Shown piece by piece: positions 23,201 to 35,531 of a stretch of 64,000 nucleotides of DNA. The stretch is taken from positions 1-64,000 of the forward strand of contig CDMY01000448.1 in the NCBI GenBank assembly GCA_001179505.1, given 5' to 3'. The notes beneath the pieces are model-generated. The model saw nothing but the letters and a program-made list of their open reading frames with translations. It searched no databases and was not told the DNA's origin. This DNA is from Vitrella brassicaformis CCMP3155. Its lineage: Eukaryota > Protista > Chromerida. A program made the translations under genes and the position numbers. How positions within the stretch are numbered: the first letter of the stretch is position 1; the number at the start of each line of letters is the position of its first letter.

Positions 23201-24057
23201 GACGCACAAGATGCCGCTGCGGACGCGGCAGCGACAGATACAGAGGAGTGGGAAACAGGTATGCGAAAGACCCACACAGGACGGGTCACACAGACGGACA
23301 GACATGTCCTGTGCGTGTCTGTGTGGCTGCAGCACCAAGTGGCGACAGCGGGCCGGCAGCCGAAGATGTCAAGGACGACCAGCCGCTGACCAAAGCTGAT
23401 ATCGAGAAGCGGCGTGCAGCGGAAATGGACGCACTGCGGCAGACCAACTTCGTCGCCCGATATCACCGAGACCGCAAGAAGCACGCCCAGCAGCAGATGA
23501 CCAACAGGCGACCGCCCCTCTCACCGAGCAGCGGCAGGCCACACCGCCATCCCGCCCCTTCTTCACAACTTGATCGCTCGAAGCAGGCGATACGGGATGA
23601 CTTCATTCACCGCTTCATCAGCGGCAAGATGGCCACCTTGCCGCCCTTGTCGCCCGCCATGGTGCCGCAGACACACCGGCAAAAGAAGGAGGGCATCGTC
23701 GAGCAGCAGAGGAGTAGGCGGCAGAGCAAGAGGGAGCGGGAGAGGGAGGGGCAGATGCTGGCCTGGAGGGAGCAGGAGGAAGAGCACGACACAGATGGCG
23801 ATGACGATGGGGTCTGGGGTGAGCAGCACACAGAGCTGGGCATGTACGGCAGAGATGAAGAATCGGACGACGACAACCACCAGCAGCCACAGACCAGCAC
23901 CAACAGCACCACCAGCAGCAGCACCACTGAGGGCGTTGCGTATGACGACTTGAACAAGAGGGTGCGTGATAGGCTTCGCCGCAGTGTGTTCGACGGGTTG
24001 AAGGACAGATGGGAGATTGAGAGAAACAGGCAGGGGTCGGGCAGAGTGAATGAATGA
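20219..24057 (+). CDS. RluA/RPUSD-family pseudouridine synthase-like protein, predicted organelle-targeted, with the catalytic Asp replaced and a long C-terminal extension
   Basis: Motifs INKPFG, HRLAGDTSG, RRTYWAVTAG, GLRHQIRAH..GLHCPLVGDPLY and LHLHSR. The N-terminus is rich in Arg/Ser/Pro. The C-terminal exons (23111-24057) join in frame through a probable GC-AG intron at 23036-23110; without it the gene would stop at 23056. Confidence 0.8.
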
Positions 24058-24150
24058 ATGGATGAGTGAATGGACGGATGAGACGTACGAATATCAGTAC
24101 GGATGGACAGATAACTGCACTCATGTACGCCTGAATGCATGTCGTCTAGC

Positions 24151-27100
24151 TCAGCTGCTGGCATCCAGCAGATCATCCCAATCATCTCCTTCACGCAGTC
24201 CGTCCCCCTCATCCATGAGCCTCGCGTCATCCCTCGGTCGCCCCGCAATGGATACATCCTTTGACACACGCGGCGGTGGGGGCACCCACGCACGACGCTG
24301 GTGCTCATATCGACTGACAAGCGGCACACACACACACACACACAAAGATGTCTCGCCGGCCGTGGTCGTGTCGATTTGCTGGTAAGTCGTTCCTACCCGG
24401 TGTCGTCGAAGTTGGCGGGCCGTCTCCTCGATCTGCCTGCACCACCGGCAGCTCCAACAGCACCTGTACCGCCGGGGCTCCAGCTGATGGTGCTTCCCCC
24501 AACGCTCGTCAGCCCGCTGGACAGGAAGTCTCCTTCGGGGATGCCCTGTGCCTGTGCCGGCCTTCCGGGTCCAAGGGTAGCCGCGTCTACGGTGTCTGCC
24601 TCTTCTTCTGGGGGCATGCCCAGTGAGCCGACAAGGCTCGTCGGCACCACCTGGGCTGTCCGCCCCCGTGCCCTCCCTTGACGATGATACGGTTGCCGGC
24701 GGCCGCGACTGTGGGACATGAGATGTGTGTGACCTGGCAGGCCTACTGCTGAATAAATGGTATTGTGGGTGTGTGCTTACGAGGGGTAGATGGGCGGCAG
24801 GGCCTGGCTGTCCGAGACAAGGGCGTCCTTGACGTATCGCCCATAGTCTGACCTCTCTGTCAGACGGACAGACAGGAAGGTGACACAATAAACAAACAAC
24901 ACAAGCACGATTGCTCGCTCACCTTTCTTTTTCCGTTGGTATGTCGCAGGTCCTCTCTTCCTCTGTGGTCTCTCCCCCGGCGGCCGCCAGAGATCCCCAA
25001 AAGTCTCCGGAATTGGCTCGAGGGCCGTGTCTTGCCAAGCCAACCCATCCTGTTGGGCGGTCGGCTTGCGTGAGATCTTGCCCGACTCTGGCACATGTGA
25101 ATGCACGATCGGAGGAATTGCTGCCCTGCGACAGACGGAAGGTCTGGTCTGTTGGCTCACTTGCGCGTTGAATAGTGTCTGTGATGCCAAACAGTGAGGC
25201 TGAAAGAAAGAAGGAGACATTCACATGGACACCGACAGTTGATGAGTGTGCAGGCCTGTCTGTTGGCATGCTGACCGTCAGCGGCGATATCCTTGAAATG
25301 CTGGGCCACCCGCGACGATCAATGCAGAGAAGAAGTGCATGACGCAACCAACGCACACAGGGAGGAAAGGAAGATATGGAGCCGCATGGCACCCATGGCA
25401 TGGAACACACGCCCTTTACCTGTCCCAAAGCCTCAATCGTCTCGTCAACCTCGTGAATGCTACACACACACACAGAGATGCGCACACATACAAAGGGGGA
25501 GATACGACTGCTTTCGAGGCACAGATGATCCATTGTCTCGCGTACCGTTGTTCCTCGGTCTCCAGTCTGAATGAGAGGATCCTCTGGTGCAGCTTCCGAC
25601 AAGCGCGCATCACTATCTTGAGCCTGTGCATTGCAGGGATGGGCATATAGAGGCGGTCGATCGCAGTGCATCATCTCGGTCGCATGAAGTCGTTCACCTG
25701 GCCACCCTGAGATTCTGCCTACGGTAATGCTTGATGCCGTGAAGCATCACAGAACTGCAGACGGACAGCCCACGCACTGAACCTCGCCATGCCTCTCCCT
25801 GCTTGTTTTGTTTCCTTTCAGGTCGCTCACCCAGCGATGAGAATGGTGGCAGACCAGAGGTGGCGGCTGGAGCACAGAAAGTAGAAAAACAGCGACGGCA
25901 CCACGTCACGATTGGCCAAGAAAGCAACAGCCAGCATGGTGAAACCCAAACCGCTGACTCGGCACAGGCAGCAAAGGGGTGCACTTCACGCGCATCCCAC
26001 TGCGCGATGATTCGTTCGTTCTTTGGTCAGTCACCTGAGGATCGTTCGAAGCACGATGAGAAACCGGACGGCCCAGTCGCGCTTCCGGGACCGGATTTTC
26101 TCTCGCAATATCGCTGCTGACATGCGAGTCTGGCATTTGGAAACGTGACGCCTCACGTTTCTGCACGATTCTTGTTTGTTGATCGTCCCTATGTACCTGC
26201 AGGTCTCTGATTCTCGCCAGGAGGACGTTCTCCTTGGGGTCTTCCCGCTGCAGCTCGCCTGGATCCACCATCATCAACTCATTCAAACACCTACCACACA
26301 CACCGCACAAATGCACAATGCACAAACTACCATCCATCGTCTCTCCCCGTCATCGCTCCGTGTCCGACGCACCTCTGTAGGTCTTTCATCTCGAAGTATT
26401 CCTGTGGCTTCCTCTGGAGCACATCAAATTCCCACAGGGGCGTGTCTCCGACTTCGGTGCCAGCCTCACTCGCCAGCTCGGCGTCAGGGTGCACATAATG
26501 CAGCGACGTGTCAGGACCGTACCCAAATGACGGGGGCGGCGTCACCTCGATAACCTCTGGCTGCCCCTCTGCCTCAGATATCCCCGTCCGGAGCGTCTCG
26601 GCCGTCGGCCGCACTCGCACTGAGGGGAACCAAAGCGCGTCTGTCCGGTGTGCTGAGTGGTGTGCTCTTGGGTCTCCTCACCGCCTTTTGTGGTCAGTTG
26701 TGAGACATCGGTCTTGAGTCGTTTAGCTTTGCTGCGCTCGAGCGGAACGAGGCCCTTCTTCTGCGGCACGGAGATCTTGGGGAGCGTCTGGGGATCCGTC
26801 CAGACGCGCTGGAACTCGGGAGCGGTGTACCACTGCTGACGCAAGGCCTTCACAGAGGGACGGAGGGAAAGAAGAGAAAGGACCGACGCATCTATCGATC
26901 GAGCTCTGTTTTGTCTTACCTTCCATATTTTGCATCGTTCGTCGGGTGTGAATGTGACCCCCTTTGGCATGCAGCTCCCCACCAGCTCCAGGATGGTGTT
27001 GGCCTCCAGGTCGTCGATGCGTTTGTACTTGGGAATGGACTGCAGGCCGGCTTGAGCAAAGTGGCGGTAGAGGTGGGAGAGGCCGAGATCGCTGAGGATG

Positions 27101-27503
27101 ACGCGCATCGAGATGGTGGGCACCTTCCTTTTGGGGCCCTCCCCCTCAGTCTGACTCATCTCTGTAAGGAAGACACGCAGACAGACAAATGAGTACGTGG
27201 ACAGCTTCCGCTGGCACCAGCCAAACATGTTTTCGCTCTACCTTTCTCCTCTTCTCCCATTGGCCGATAAACTCTCGTCGCAGCCTCCTGTCCCTGATAA
27301 GCAAAGCCCCATGTCGGCCACGCCGCAGGCTGATCCTTTGGCAATGCTGCTGCACCAGTGGGAAGTTGCCCCTTCTCCTCGTCTACATCTGCAGGCCCTT
27401 GCTCCAGGCCCCTCCCAGACCGGCCGCTGATGTTAAGCAGGGGAAGCCGGAATGATGTGCGTTTCCTTGACGAAGACTGAGACTGCCCTTGAGACGACGC
27501 CAT
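24151..27503 (-). CDS. Hypothetical multi-exon protein with a SAM-like segment near the N-terminus (may be two genes)
   Basis: Coding-like exons MASSQGQSQSS..., MRVILSDLGLSHLYRHFAQAGL (SAM-like), LKIVMRACRKLHQRILSFRLETEEQ and ...DDWDDLLDASS*. Linkage of exons across ~25700-26000 is not certain. Confidence 0.5.
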
Positions 27504-27876
27504 CGTGCTCCAGGCCCTGTCAGTGGCCTGGTCACGGAAGCTTTGCAAATGGCGCTGTAGTAGCGAGATGCTTTGTTCACCAAGTCCCCTTTCTCTTCGG
27601 GACTCGCGAAGCTTGCTGAGCGTGGCACGCTCTTACGAAACAAAGTGTTTATCCGTTTGTCCGTAATTGGGGCCAAGCTAGCAATTCCCTTCGGTTCCCT
27701 TGGGGGGGCTTGCATGCGAGCTTGGGGGCTTTGCATGCATTTCTTTCGCGAACGCGAGCGAGTCCCGCCAGCCCGACGGAGGAGGGAAGTTTCATTTCCA
27801 AAATAAAAAAAGAACGAAATCAGAGAAGTCTGCGAGCTAAGCGTGCAGAAGATCTTGAGCTCCATTCCCTCTAGCC

Positions 27877-29878
27877 ATGTCTTCTGGATTCATCCCCTCG
27901 CCGAACCGACCACCTCCTTCGAGCGCGCCCACCTGCTCGCCCTCTGAGCGGCCTGGCGACCACAACCTTGACAGCTGGAGGGCTGGCGAAGCGAGATCGC
28001 TGGGCGAGAGTCTGTCCTTCCCGTGTGCCGCCTGTGGCAAGAAGCCCGAAGACGTGCCCGATGGCGTAGGCGTCTTTCCGAAGTGCAATCGGTGCAAGCT
28101 CGTCAGCTACTGCGGTACGATGGATGTGACAACCATTGACGCATGCATGACCGCATGTGTATTGTTATATTTTGTCTGTGTGACTTACTTAGGGACTGAA
28201 TGCCAGCGGAGTGACTGGCCGTCGCACAAAGACAAGTGCAAGATGGGCAAGGAGGAGATGGCCCGTACCGTGGCAGGCTCGTATGAGTACGTGCTTCGAT
28301 GGAGTCATGGCCACATGGATTGGCTGCCCTTCTTTGAGCACATGCGGCGGCGTCAGGGGTTCATCCTCGGCGACATCTGCACCTTTCCAACACCACCAAG
28401 CTGAAAACCTTCTCCCTGAAGCTCTCGGCCATTGATGCTCGCAACTGTGCCGTCGGCAGTACCTGCATCCTGCGCCCAAACTCGACTTACGAGCCCACCA
28501 GCCTCGCCCACTACGGGATGGTCACCGACACGTTGGCTGACCGGTCTGTGATAGTCGCCCACGGTCAGCTGCGAGTATTCCCCATCACGCAGAGCCACCC
28601 GCACAGCAACCCGGTCTTCTTCGAGGCAAGCCCCGAACTGTCGACAATGCTCGCGATGCTACAAGTCTGTGCGCAGACTGCCCTGGAAGACATCATCGAC
28701 GAGACCACTTACGCGCCCCTGTGCCTGATTCCTGTCTTTCCAATGAGAGACTGGGGCCAGGCCTCCCGAGTGCTCTTCTGGCAGGTGAGTGCAGTGCAGT
28801 GCAGTGCAGTGCCGTGCAGTGAGGGAAGATACCTTGCAGCATCGTGCGTGTGGCTGGGTGTGGCTGGGTGCATGGTGCGTGCTGCCTGTGTCTGTGTCTG
28901 TGTCTGTGTCTGTGTGTGTGTGTGTGTGTGTGCAGAAGCTGAAGCTGGGCATCAGGATTGATGGGAGAGGGGACTGTTCCTGGTACTTCCTTCCCTCAGT
29001 GGTGTACACGTCGATGGAGGCGCTGCTGCGCGGCGTTGCCAAGGTCTTCGGGGCGGGAGTCATGGACCGCATCAAGATGGCACACATGACCACCTACGAC
29101 ACGTGCGCGACCCGTGCAACACACATGGCACACACACGACGCTTTCAAATATGTGTGTGTGTGTGTGTGTATTCAGATACGTCGGGACGAGCGTCGGCGT
29201 GTTGACGGCCCCAATCAAGGACATGATGACGCGAGCAGCGTGGCAGGCCAACATCGCGGCCTTGATCCAGCACACGGAGCTGACCGACACACTGCAGGAC
29301 CTCTACCGCACCAGGGCACAAGAGGTGAATGAATCCGTGTGGCACAAACACACACACTTGTGTATGTTATGTTTGTTTGGCAGCGGCGTGTGTCCGCCGA
29401 GGTGGTTGAGAAGGAGGTCATGAATGCGGCCATCGCCTTCACGGACCTGGTGCGCGCCCACCTCATCGAGTACACCGAGGTCAGCACGATCGCTCAGAAG
29501 GAGACCAACACAGACAGCCCAGAGAGAGATGAGGTGTGTAACACAGACAGCGGTCTTCTTGGCTGTCTGTCTGTCTGTCTGTCTGCTCTGTGCCCACAGG
29601 ACATGAAGAGCAACACGTACGAGAGAATGTCACTGCAGGACCACTGCGGCCTCCCATGCCACGAGTGGCGGCGCATCAGAGCCGAGCTGCGGGACATTTC
29701 TGTCGAGAGCTATCCGGAGGACGTCAAGGCTGTCATCAACATGCCCGAGTGTGAGGAAATGCAGCCAGAGAGCGTGGTGGGACGGCTGTGCCGCCTGCAG
29801 GCCGACGGCACCTATATGCCCTCCTTCCTTATGCTCCTGCGGGCGCATGGCCTGCTGCGTCTAGACAGGAGCAAGTGA
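27877..29878 (+). CDS. MYND-type zinc-finger protein with an unrecognised C-terminal domain
   Basis: CAACGKK...CNRCKLVSYCG|TECQRSDWPSHKDKC is a canonical MYND finger across one intron. Downstream exons continue to ...LRLDRSK* at 29878. The junction near 28260-28400 is not resolved. Confidence 0.8.
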
Positions 29879-30853
29879 TTGGCTGATGGGGTGCATGGGT
29901 GGTGTCGGTGGACAAACGATGCGGCGTCTTGTCTGCCGCCGTGGCGATAGATACTCATTTTGATGTGTTGCGACTGACTGCTGATCTAGATCGTGTCGCA
30001 AGTCATCGGACAGATCCAGCCCGTCAAGCAGCGTGTTGAGAGGTGCGATTACTGCATCCGTGTCTCGGTGGTCTCGCATGCAGATACGCGCGCGAGCAGG
30101 CAGCCGCTATACACACACACACATGGGTCCACCAGAACGGCACACACACAGACAGACAGACAGACAGACAGGCGGTCGGGCGTAAGGGGCATCCATCCAT
30201 CTATCCATCATGGTGGCCACACAAGACAGACAGACGGACGGACGGTCTCTGTAGGCGACGAGAAAGTGAGAGAGAGAGGGAGGACTATACACACGGACGG
30301 AGACCGTCACACCCACGGCGAGCACACAGCCAAGCCACTCCACACAAGTGTCAGTCAACCCGTCAGTCATGTCGTACACACAAGTTGAAAGGTCTTTACA
30401 TCCATCCATCCATCTGTAAGAAGAGAGAGAGAGAGAGAGAGAGAGGCTCCAGCCAGCAGCCAGCCAGTCATCCACCCACACACATCCGCGCACAAACACC
30501 CACACCCACAACCACGCCGACACACATATCATGGCTTGCAAGGACAAGCACAAGCGGGCCGTTCGCTTGTCAATTCTCCCTCCCTCTCTCCCATGCCGGC
30601 ATGCATTATGATACTGACTTACATGGCAACGGCGAGAGAGGCGGGGCAAGGAAAGAAAGGTCTGAAGGGGAGGAAGGAGTGACATCTAATGCAATTCCTA
30701 GGTGGGCAGCCAAAGTCCGGTGGGATAGCAGCAGCCAGGTAGGCAGGCAGTAAGATGGGACGGGCGCGGCGCAATATATGGATGGCATGTGGTGTGGTGT
30801 GTATCCTACCTTCTTTGCTCGCTCACGCTTTCCCAGCCAGCTCGGTCCTTCGG

Positions 30854-33800
30854 TTACTCGTCTACAGAGGGCTGCAACACGCCCTCGCCCTCCTCTCCAC
30901 CTCCCCCTCCCTCTCCCTGTTTCTCCTTTTCCTCTCCTGTGTCCTCCTGCTGCTGCTCTGGTGTGTGGAAGGGATTACTACAGGCCACCACCCGACCGCC
31001 GCTCTCGCCCTCCCACCCCTCATCAGTCACCCGGCTCTCCAACGCCCCCGCCTCGTTGCCGATGCTGGTCGACCGGGTGGAGACAGCGTTGGTGTGGGTT
31101 CGGCCCCTCTCCACCGTCGTCTCGGCCTTCTCCTTGTCTGGGTGCATGTGTGGGTGTATGTGAGGGGCCGACGGGCCGTCGTCGGTGAGAGAGGGGGGTA
31201 GCGGCAGCTTGGCTGATATGTCCAGGCTGCTAAACGACACCAGCCGGCGGTCGGGGTGGCTCCTCGCCCGCTTCGGATCCGACACAGCCATCACCTCGCC
31301 ATCGCCGTCCCAGTCGAGCAGAGGCTTCCTCTCGTCAGACTGGCTGTGAGGGGTCACTGGCCGATTGCCCTCCTCCTCCGGCTGCGGGATCGACAGCGTG
31401 ACAATGGGCGGAAGGGGTGGCGATCCCTCAGGCACCCCACACGCAGACGCCAGCTTGGGTGCTGGTGGGGGTGGGGGTGGGGGCGGCGGATGAGGAGGGG
31501 GAGAGGAGGCGAGGGGCTTGCGCGCCGACGAGCGGTCGAAGGAGAGGGACCGGACTCGCGCCTCCTTGTTAGTCTCCCGCCTGCCCCCCGACACACACGT
31601 GGCCGCCACCTGCCGAGCAGTCGCCCTCCTGTCCTCGCCATCCCTACCGCCGTGTTGCCCCCCGCCACCGCCCCAGTGGTGGAAGAAACCTATCATGGTC
31701 TGCAGCAGCCGAGACGACGCATTCCCCCTGTTGTTGTGGTGATGCTGCTGCTGGTGGGGGTCCGTGCCGTTCGGCACCGAGCACCGGATGGGCGGGCTGG
31801 CAGTGGTGGGTGTGTAGGGCTGTGGGGAGGGCTGTGGGAGCGCCGGGGGGCTTATCGGCTTGGCTTTGTCATTGCTGGTGGCGTTGTTGTTGTTGCTGCT
31901 GCTGTTCTGCTGTGTCTCTGCGGTGCCGCCGGTGTCTGCGGAGAAGCAGGGAGGGGAGGGGGGCGGGCGGATGGATGCCGTGGCGCTAGACGACATGGAA
32001 CGGGCAGGCTGAGCGAATGGACAGACGGCAGGGAAGCAGACGGAGGGCTGTGTCCATGTGTGTGTGTGTGTGTGTGTGTGTTTCATTCTGCGGATCGGAT
32101 GTGTGTCTTACGGGTGGCTGTGGGTAGGCGACCAGCCGTTGGGATGAGAGCAGATCCGCTGAAGACCTGCACCTTGGCAGCGACTGCTGCTGCTGCTGCT
32201 GCTCACGCGACAAGACCTTCGCCCCACGACCGGGCGGACGCACCAGACGAGCCTGACAACCAACGAGGCACAACGACACATGACACGCGTCCAGATCTCC
32301 ACAGTTAGGTAGGTAAGTAGATGTATGCATGCATTGTTGATCTCGTCTGTCTCATCTCTCCTCACCCCCTCTGTCTCGTCATGTGTGCCGTTGATCATCG
32401 TCTGCTCGGCTGCTGCCCCTCCCGCCGCGCCTATCCCCGCCCCTCCAGCTCCCTTGCTCGGCCTGCTCTGCGGCGGCAATGGCGGCCTCGAGCGACACGA
32501 CATGCGCCCCTTCCTCACCACCCCACTCCCACTCCCACCACCCCCACTCGCACCATTCGCCCCCTCAGGGACATCCCCATGCAGCGCCCCTAGCTGCTGC
32601 TGCTGCTGCTGCTGCTGTCCGCCAGTCACTGCCCTCTTATGGCTGTTGATGGCCGGCAGAGACAGCCGCCCCCTCTGCATCTCCCTCTCCCTCTCCCTCT
32701 CCCTCACGGTGGATGTGTCTTCAAAAATGTCGATGTCGTGGAACTCCTCCAGGTCGTCTAGCATCAGGTCGTCTGCAACTTTGTTGTTGCTGCTGCTGCT
32801 CCTGCTGCACCGGCCGCTGAGGGAGACGTCCATGAAGTTGGCGATCCGGATGGAGGGCCCCTGCCCCTGCTGCTGCTGCTGCTGCTGTGTGGGGGCGGGG
32901 TGGGTGATGGGAGGCAGCTGCTGCTGCTGGTGGTAGTTCTGCTGTTGGCTCTGCTGCTGCTGCTGCTGCTGGCGTGCGAATGGGAGGGGCGTGAGGGGAG
33001 CGAGTGGGGCTGAGGGTGAGCGGATTGGGAGGTGGTCCAGGTCGTCATCCATCGACAGCGATATGTGCGGCCTGACATCAAGAGCGAGGGAGGGAGGGAG
33101 GGAAGGGAAATGTGTGGATGTGTGTATGGTCTTTCTCCTGTTGGTAATTTGCGTGTTGTGTGTGTGTGTGTACCCTCCAGGTCCGCGTGTGATGGTGATG
33201 AGGTCCTCTGGCCGCGTGAGCCACGAGTGGAGATGCTCCTCTAGCAGACGCAACTCCTGCACACAACATCCACACACACAGACACATCCGGCACAGATGG
33301 CACAGATGGCACGGTGCTATCTTATCTATCTGTCGCTTCATGTGTGTCGTGTGTGACGTGCAGGTGAGGTGTGTACCTCCGATAGTTCCTCGATGGTCGG
33401 CTGCTCGAAGAGCTTGATCTTCTTGCAGCTCACGTGCAGACAGTGCCTGCAGATAAATGGATGGATGGGAAGGAGAGAAGAAAGGAAAGACACACAAGAC
33501 AACAAGAGAGAGATCCGCCGATACATCTATCTGTCTGTTACGAGGCCCTCCCTCCCCTCCTGCGTGACGTGACTTACCTCTTGATATGGTTGGTGGCGTG
33601 CATCTCGTATATATCGTCCCCGATGGCCACCAGCCGCGTCACGCCCTTAAGGCGATGCACCTCAGACAGAAACGTGTTACACTGATGGATGACCCACACA
33701 AACCAGACACCAAAGAAACATCCAACCCCTCCATCCGTCCACCCATCCACACATCAGATGCCCCTCCCCCTTCCCTCCGCTCCGCTCTTTGCTCCCCCAC

Positions 33801-34434
33801 TACTTTCTCCTCTGACCTTCCACTGTGCGATATCGTTGGCAAGGCACTGTCCCGCAGCCGCCAGGTTGCCGCTATCCTCCCGGGCGCTGATCCGCCGCAC
33901 CCCCCTCTCCCTCAGCCACCCCTGCAGCACCGGCATGAACTCACCGAGGCTCGTGTCCAGCCAGTGACGCGTGGCGTTGGACACCACCACCAGGGAGCCG
34001 AAACGCGACGCCACCTCGAGCACACGGATGGCCCGCTGCTCCAGCCGACGCAGCTCCGCCAGCAGCTGCTCATGCAATTGGCTCAGCCGGTCTATCTGAA
34101 GCCGCCTGAGGCCGGACCTCGGAAAGATAGTGTCATCTGCAACACAAATGCCACCACAAATGCCGTCAGATAGCAAGAACAGCCCATTTGCAATGGAGAA
34201 CGTGATAAAGAGGCCTTTTCTTCGTTATTTTTGGGTACCCCAGTCCCATATGAGGAGGTAGGGGGGGTGGTCGGTGGGCAGGGCGTCGCCCACAGCGGCG
34301 GTGATGCTCGTGGAGCGGCTGCTGTCGTTCGAGCAGGCGGGGGAGGCCGCCTGCCCGTCGGTAGGCTCTCCTGCACCATTGAGCTCTTGTTTCTTGGGCT
34401 CGGCCGCATCCTCACCACCAGTATTGGTCGTCAT
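30854..34434 (-). CDS. HAD-superfamily phosphatase-like protein (alveolate DWDDT type) with a long Q/P/S-rich C-terminal tail
   Basis: Spliced motif I LLIWDW|DDTIFP; motif II VVVSNATRHWLDTS...FMP..ISAR..WK; motif IV LVAIGDDIYEMHA; KKIKLFEQPTIEEL. The 3' end is approximate. Confidence 0.8.
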
Positions 34435-34525
34435 ACCGACCTACAAACCATCCAAACGAAAGCGGACGAAAACTCTGTTTACCCTCCAGATGCGCGCTTT
34501 TTCTGTGATCTTCGTCCAGAGCGAG

Positions 34526-35135
34526 ATGAGGTCAAATATCTTTCTTGTCACGCGGCGTTTGCCCTTCCTGGCACCACGGCCCTTTTCGTCGCTCCGCGTG
34601 CGATTCGAGGCTGCGGTGGTGCCGAAAGTGAGAGCCACAGCAGCCCTCCTCTGCCCCGCAGACCACCAATGGCACAAGAGCAGCAGCAGGCAGAGGAGCA
34701 GCGATGAGGACTCGAGTCGGCAGGTGCTGATGACGGCGTTGGCCATGACGGGTGTGTTCTACGTGGGTATGGAGGAGACGAGGAAGCGCCGGCGGCAGGC
34801 AGCCCACTGCATCATGGCCACGCCGCACCGTGAGATCACCATGCACAGCAAGGACGAACCCAAGCTCAAACACACCGACACCGCCTGGAAGCTCTTCATG
34901 GTGAGGGTCACATGGCAGCCAGAGAGGGAGGGAGGGAGGGAGGGAGGGAGGCTCACATCCGCGCAGCAGAGGTCTGTGTGGACACACGTGTGTGCGTGTG
35001 TGTGTGCAGCGTCAGAGCTGGTTCAACTGGATCTGCGGTGTGTTCTGGCTGACGTGGAGCACCATCGTGTGCGTGACGTGTGTCGGCATTATCCTCTTCC
35101 AGCTGTGGCACTTCGACTCCAACAGAGCACTCTGA
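34526..35135 (+). CDS. Small predicted mitochondrial membrane protein (2 exons)
   Basis: MRSNIFLVTRRLPFLAPRPFSSLRVRF transit-peptide-like start (an alternative ATG at 34490 is in frame). Exon 2 reads SWFNWICGVFWLTWSTIVCVTCVGIILFQLW..* (hydrophobic). One GTGAG...CAG intron. Confidence 0.6.
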
Positions 35136-35531
35136 GGCCACACATAGACAGACAGACAGACAGATCCGATGATGCAACGCGGCAATTTTGCTGTCACCTC
35201 CTCAGCATTGTGTGTATTGTATTATTGTAGCAAGACCCGAGTTCGCCTGCTTGTGTGTGTATTGCCCGAAGGTAATGCTGTGTCGGGCATGGCAGTTGGT
35301 GGGCGGCAGTGAGGATGAGAGAGAGGGTGACCTTTTCTCTCTTTGGTCTGGCTGTTGCCGTGAGTGAAACTGACAGTGGAAGGATGTGCTGACTGACGTT
35401 ATGTGAAGGAGAATCCCAAGAGAAAGTTCAATTGACAGAGGAGTAAACCATGCCGACAGACAGACACCATGGCATGTGTAGCGTCATTCAATCACTCTAT
35501 CCACGCAGTCTGTCCATGTGTGGATGGCTAC

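Noticed and set aside
29993-30790. ORFs rich in THTH, CVCV, SVCL, RERE and QTDR (here and throughout the window)
   Set aside because: Translations of CA, GA, GACA and CCAT microsatellites in introns and UTRs; no splice-consistent coding signal.
31256-32308. 350-aa plus-strand ORF
   Set aside because: Antisense shadow of the GC-rich HAD gene tail; composition mirrors the opposite-strand repeats.
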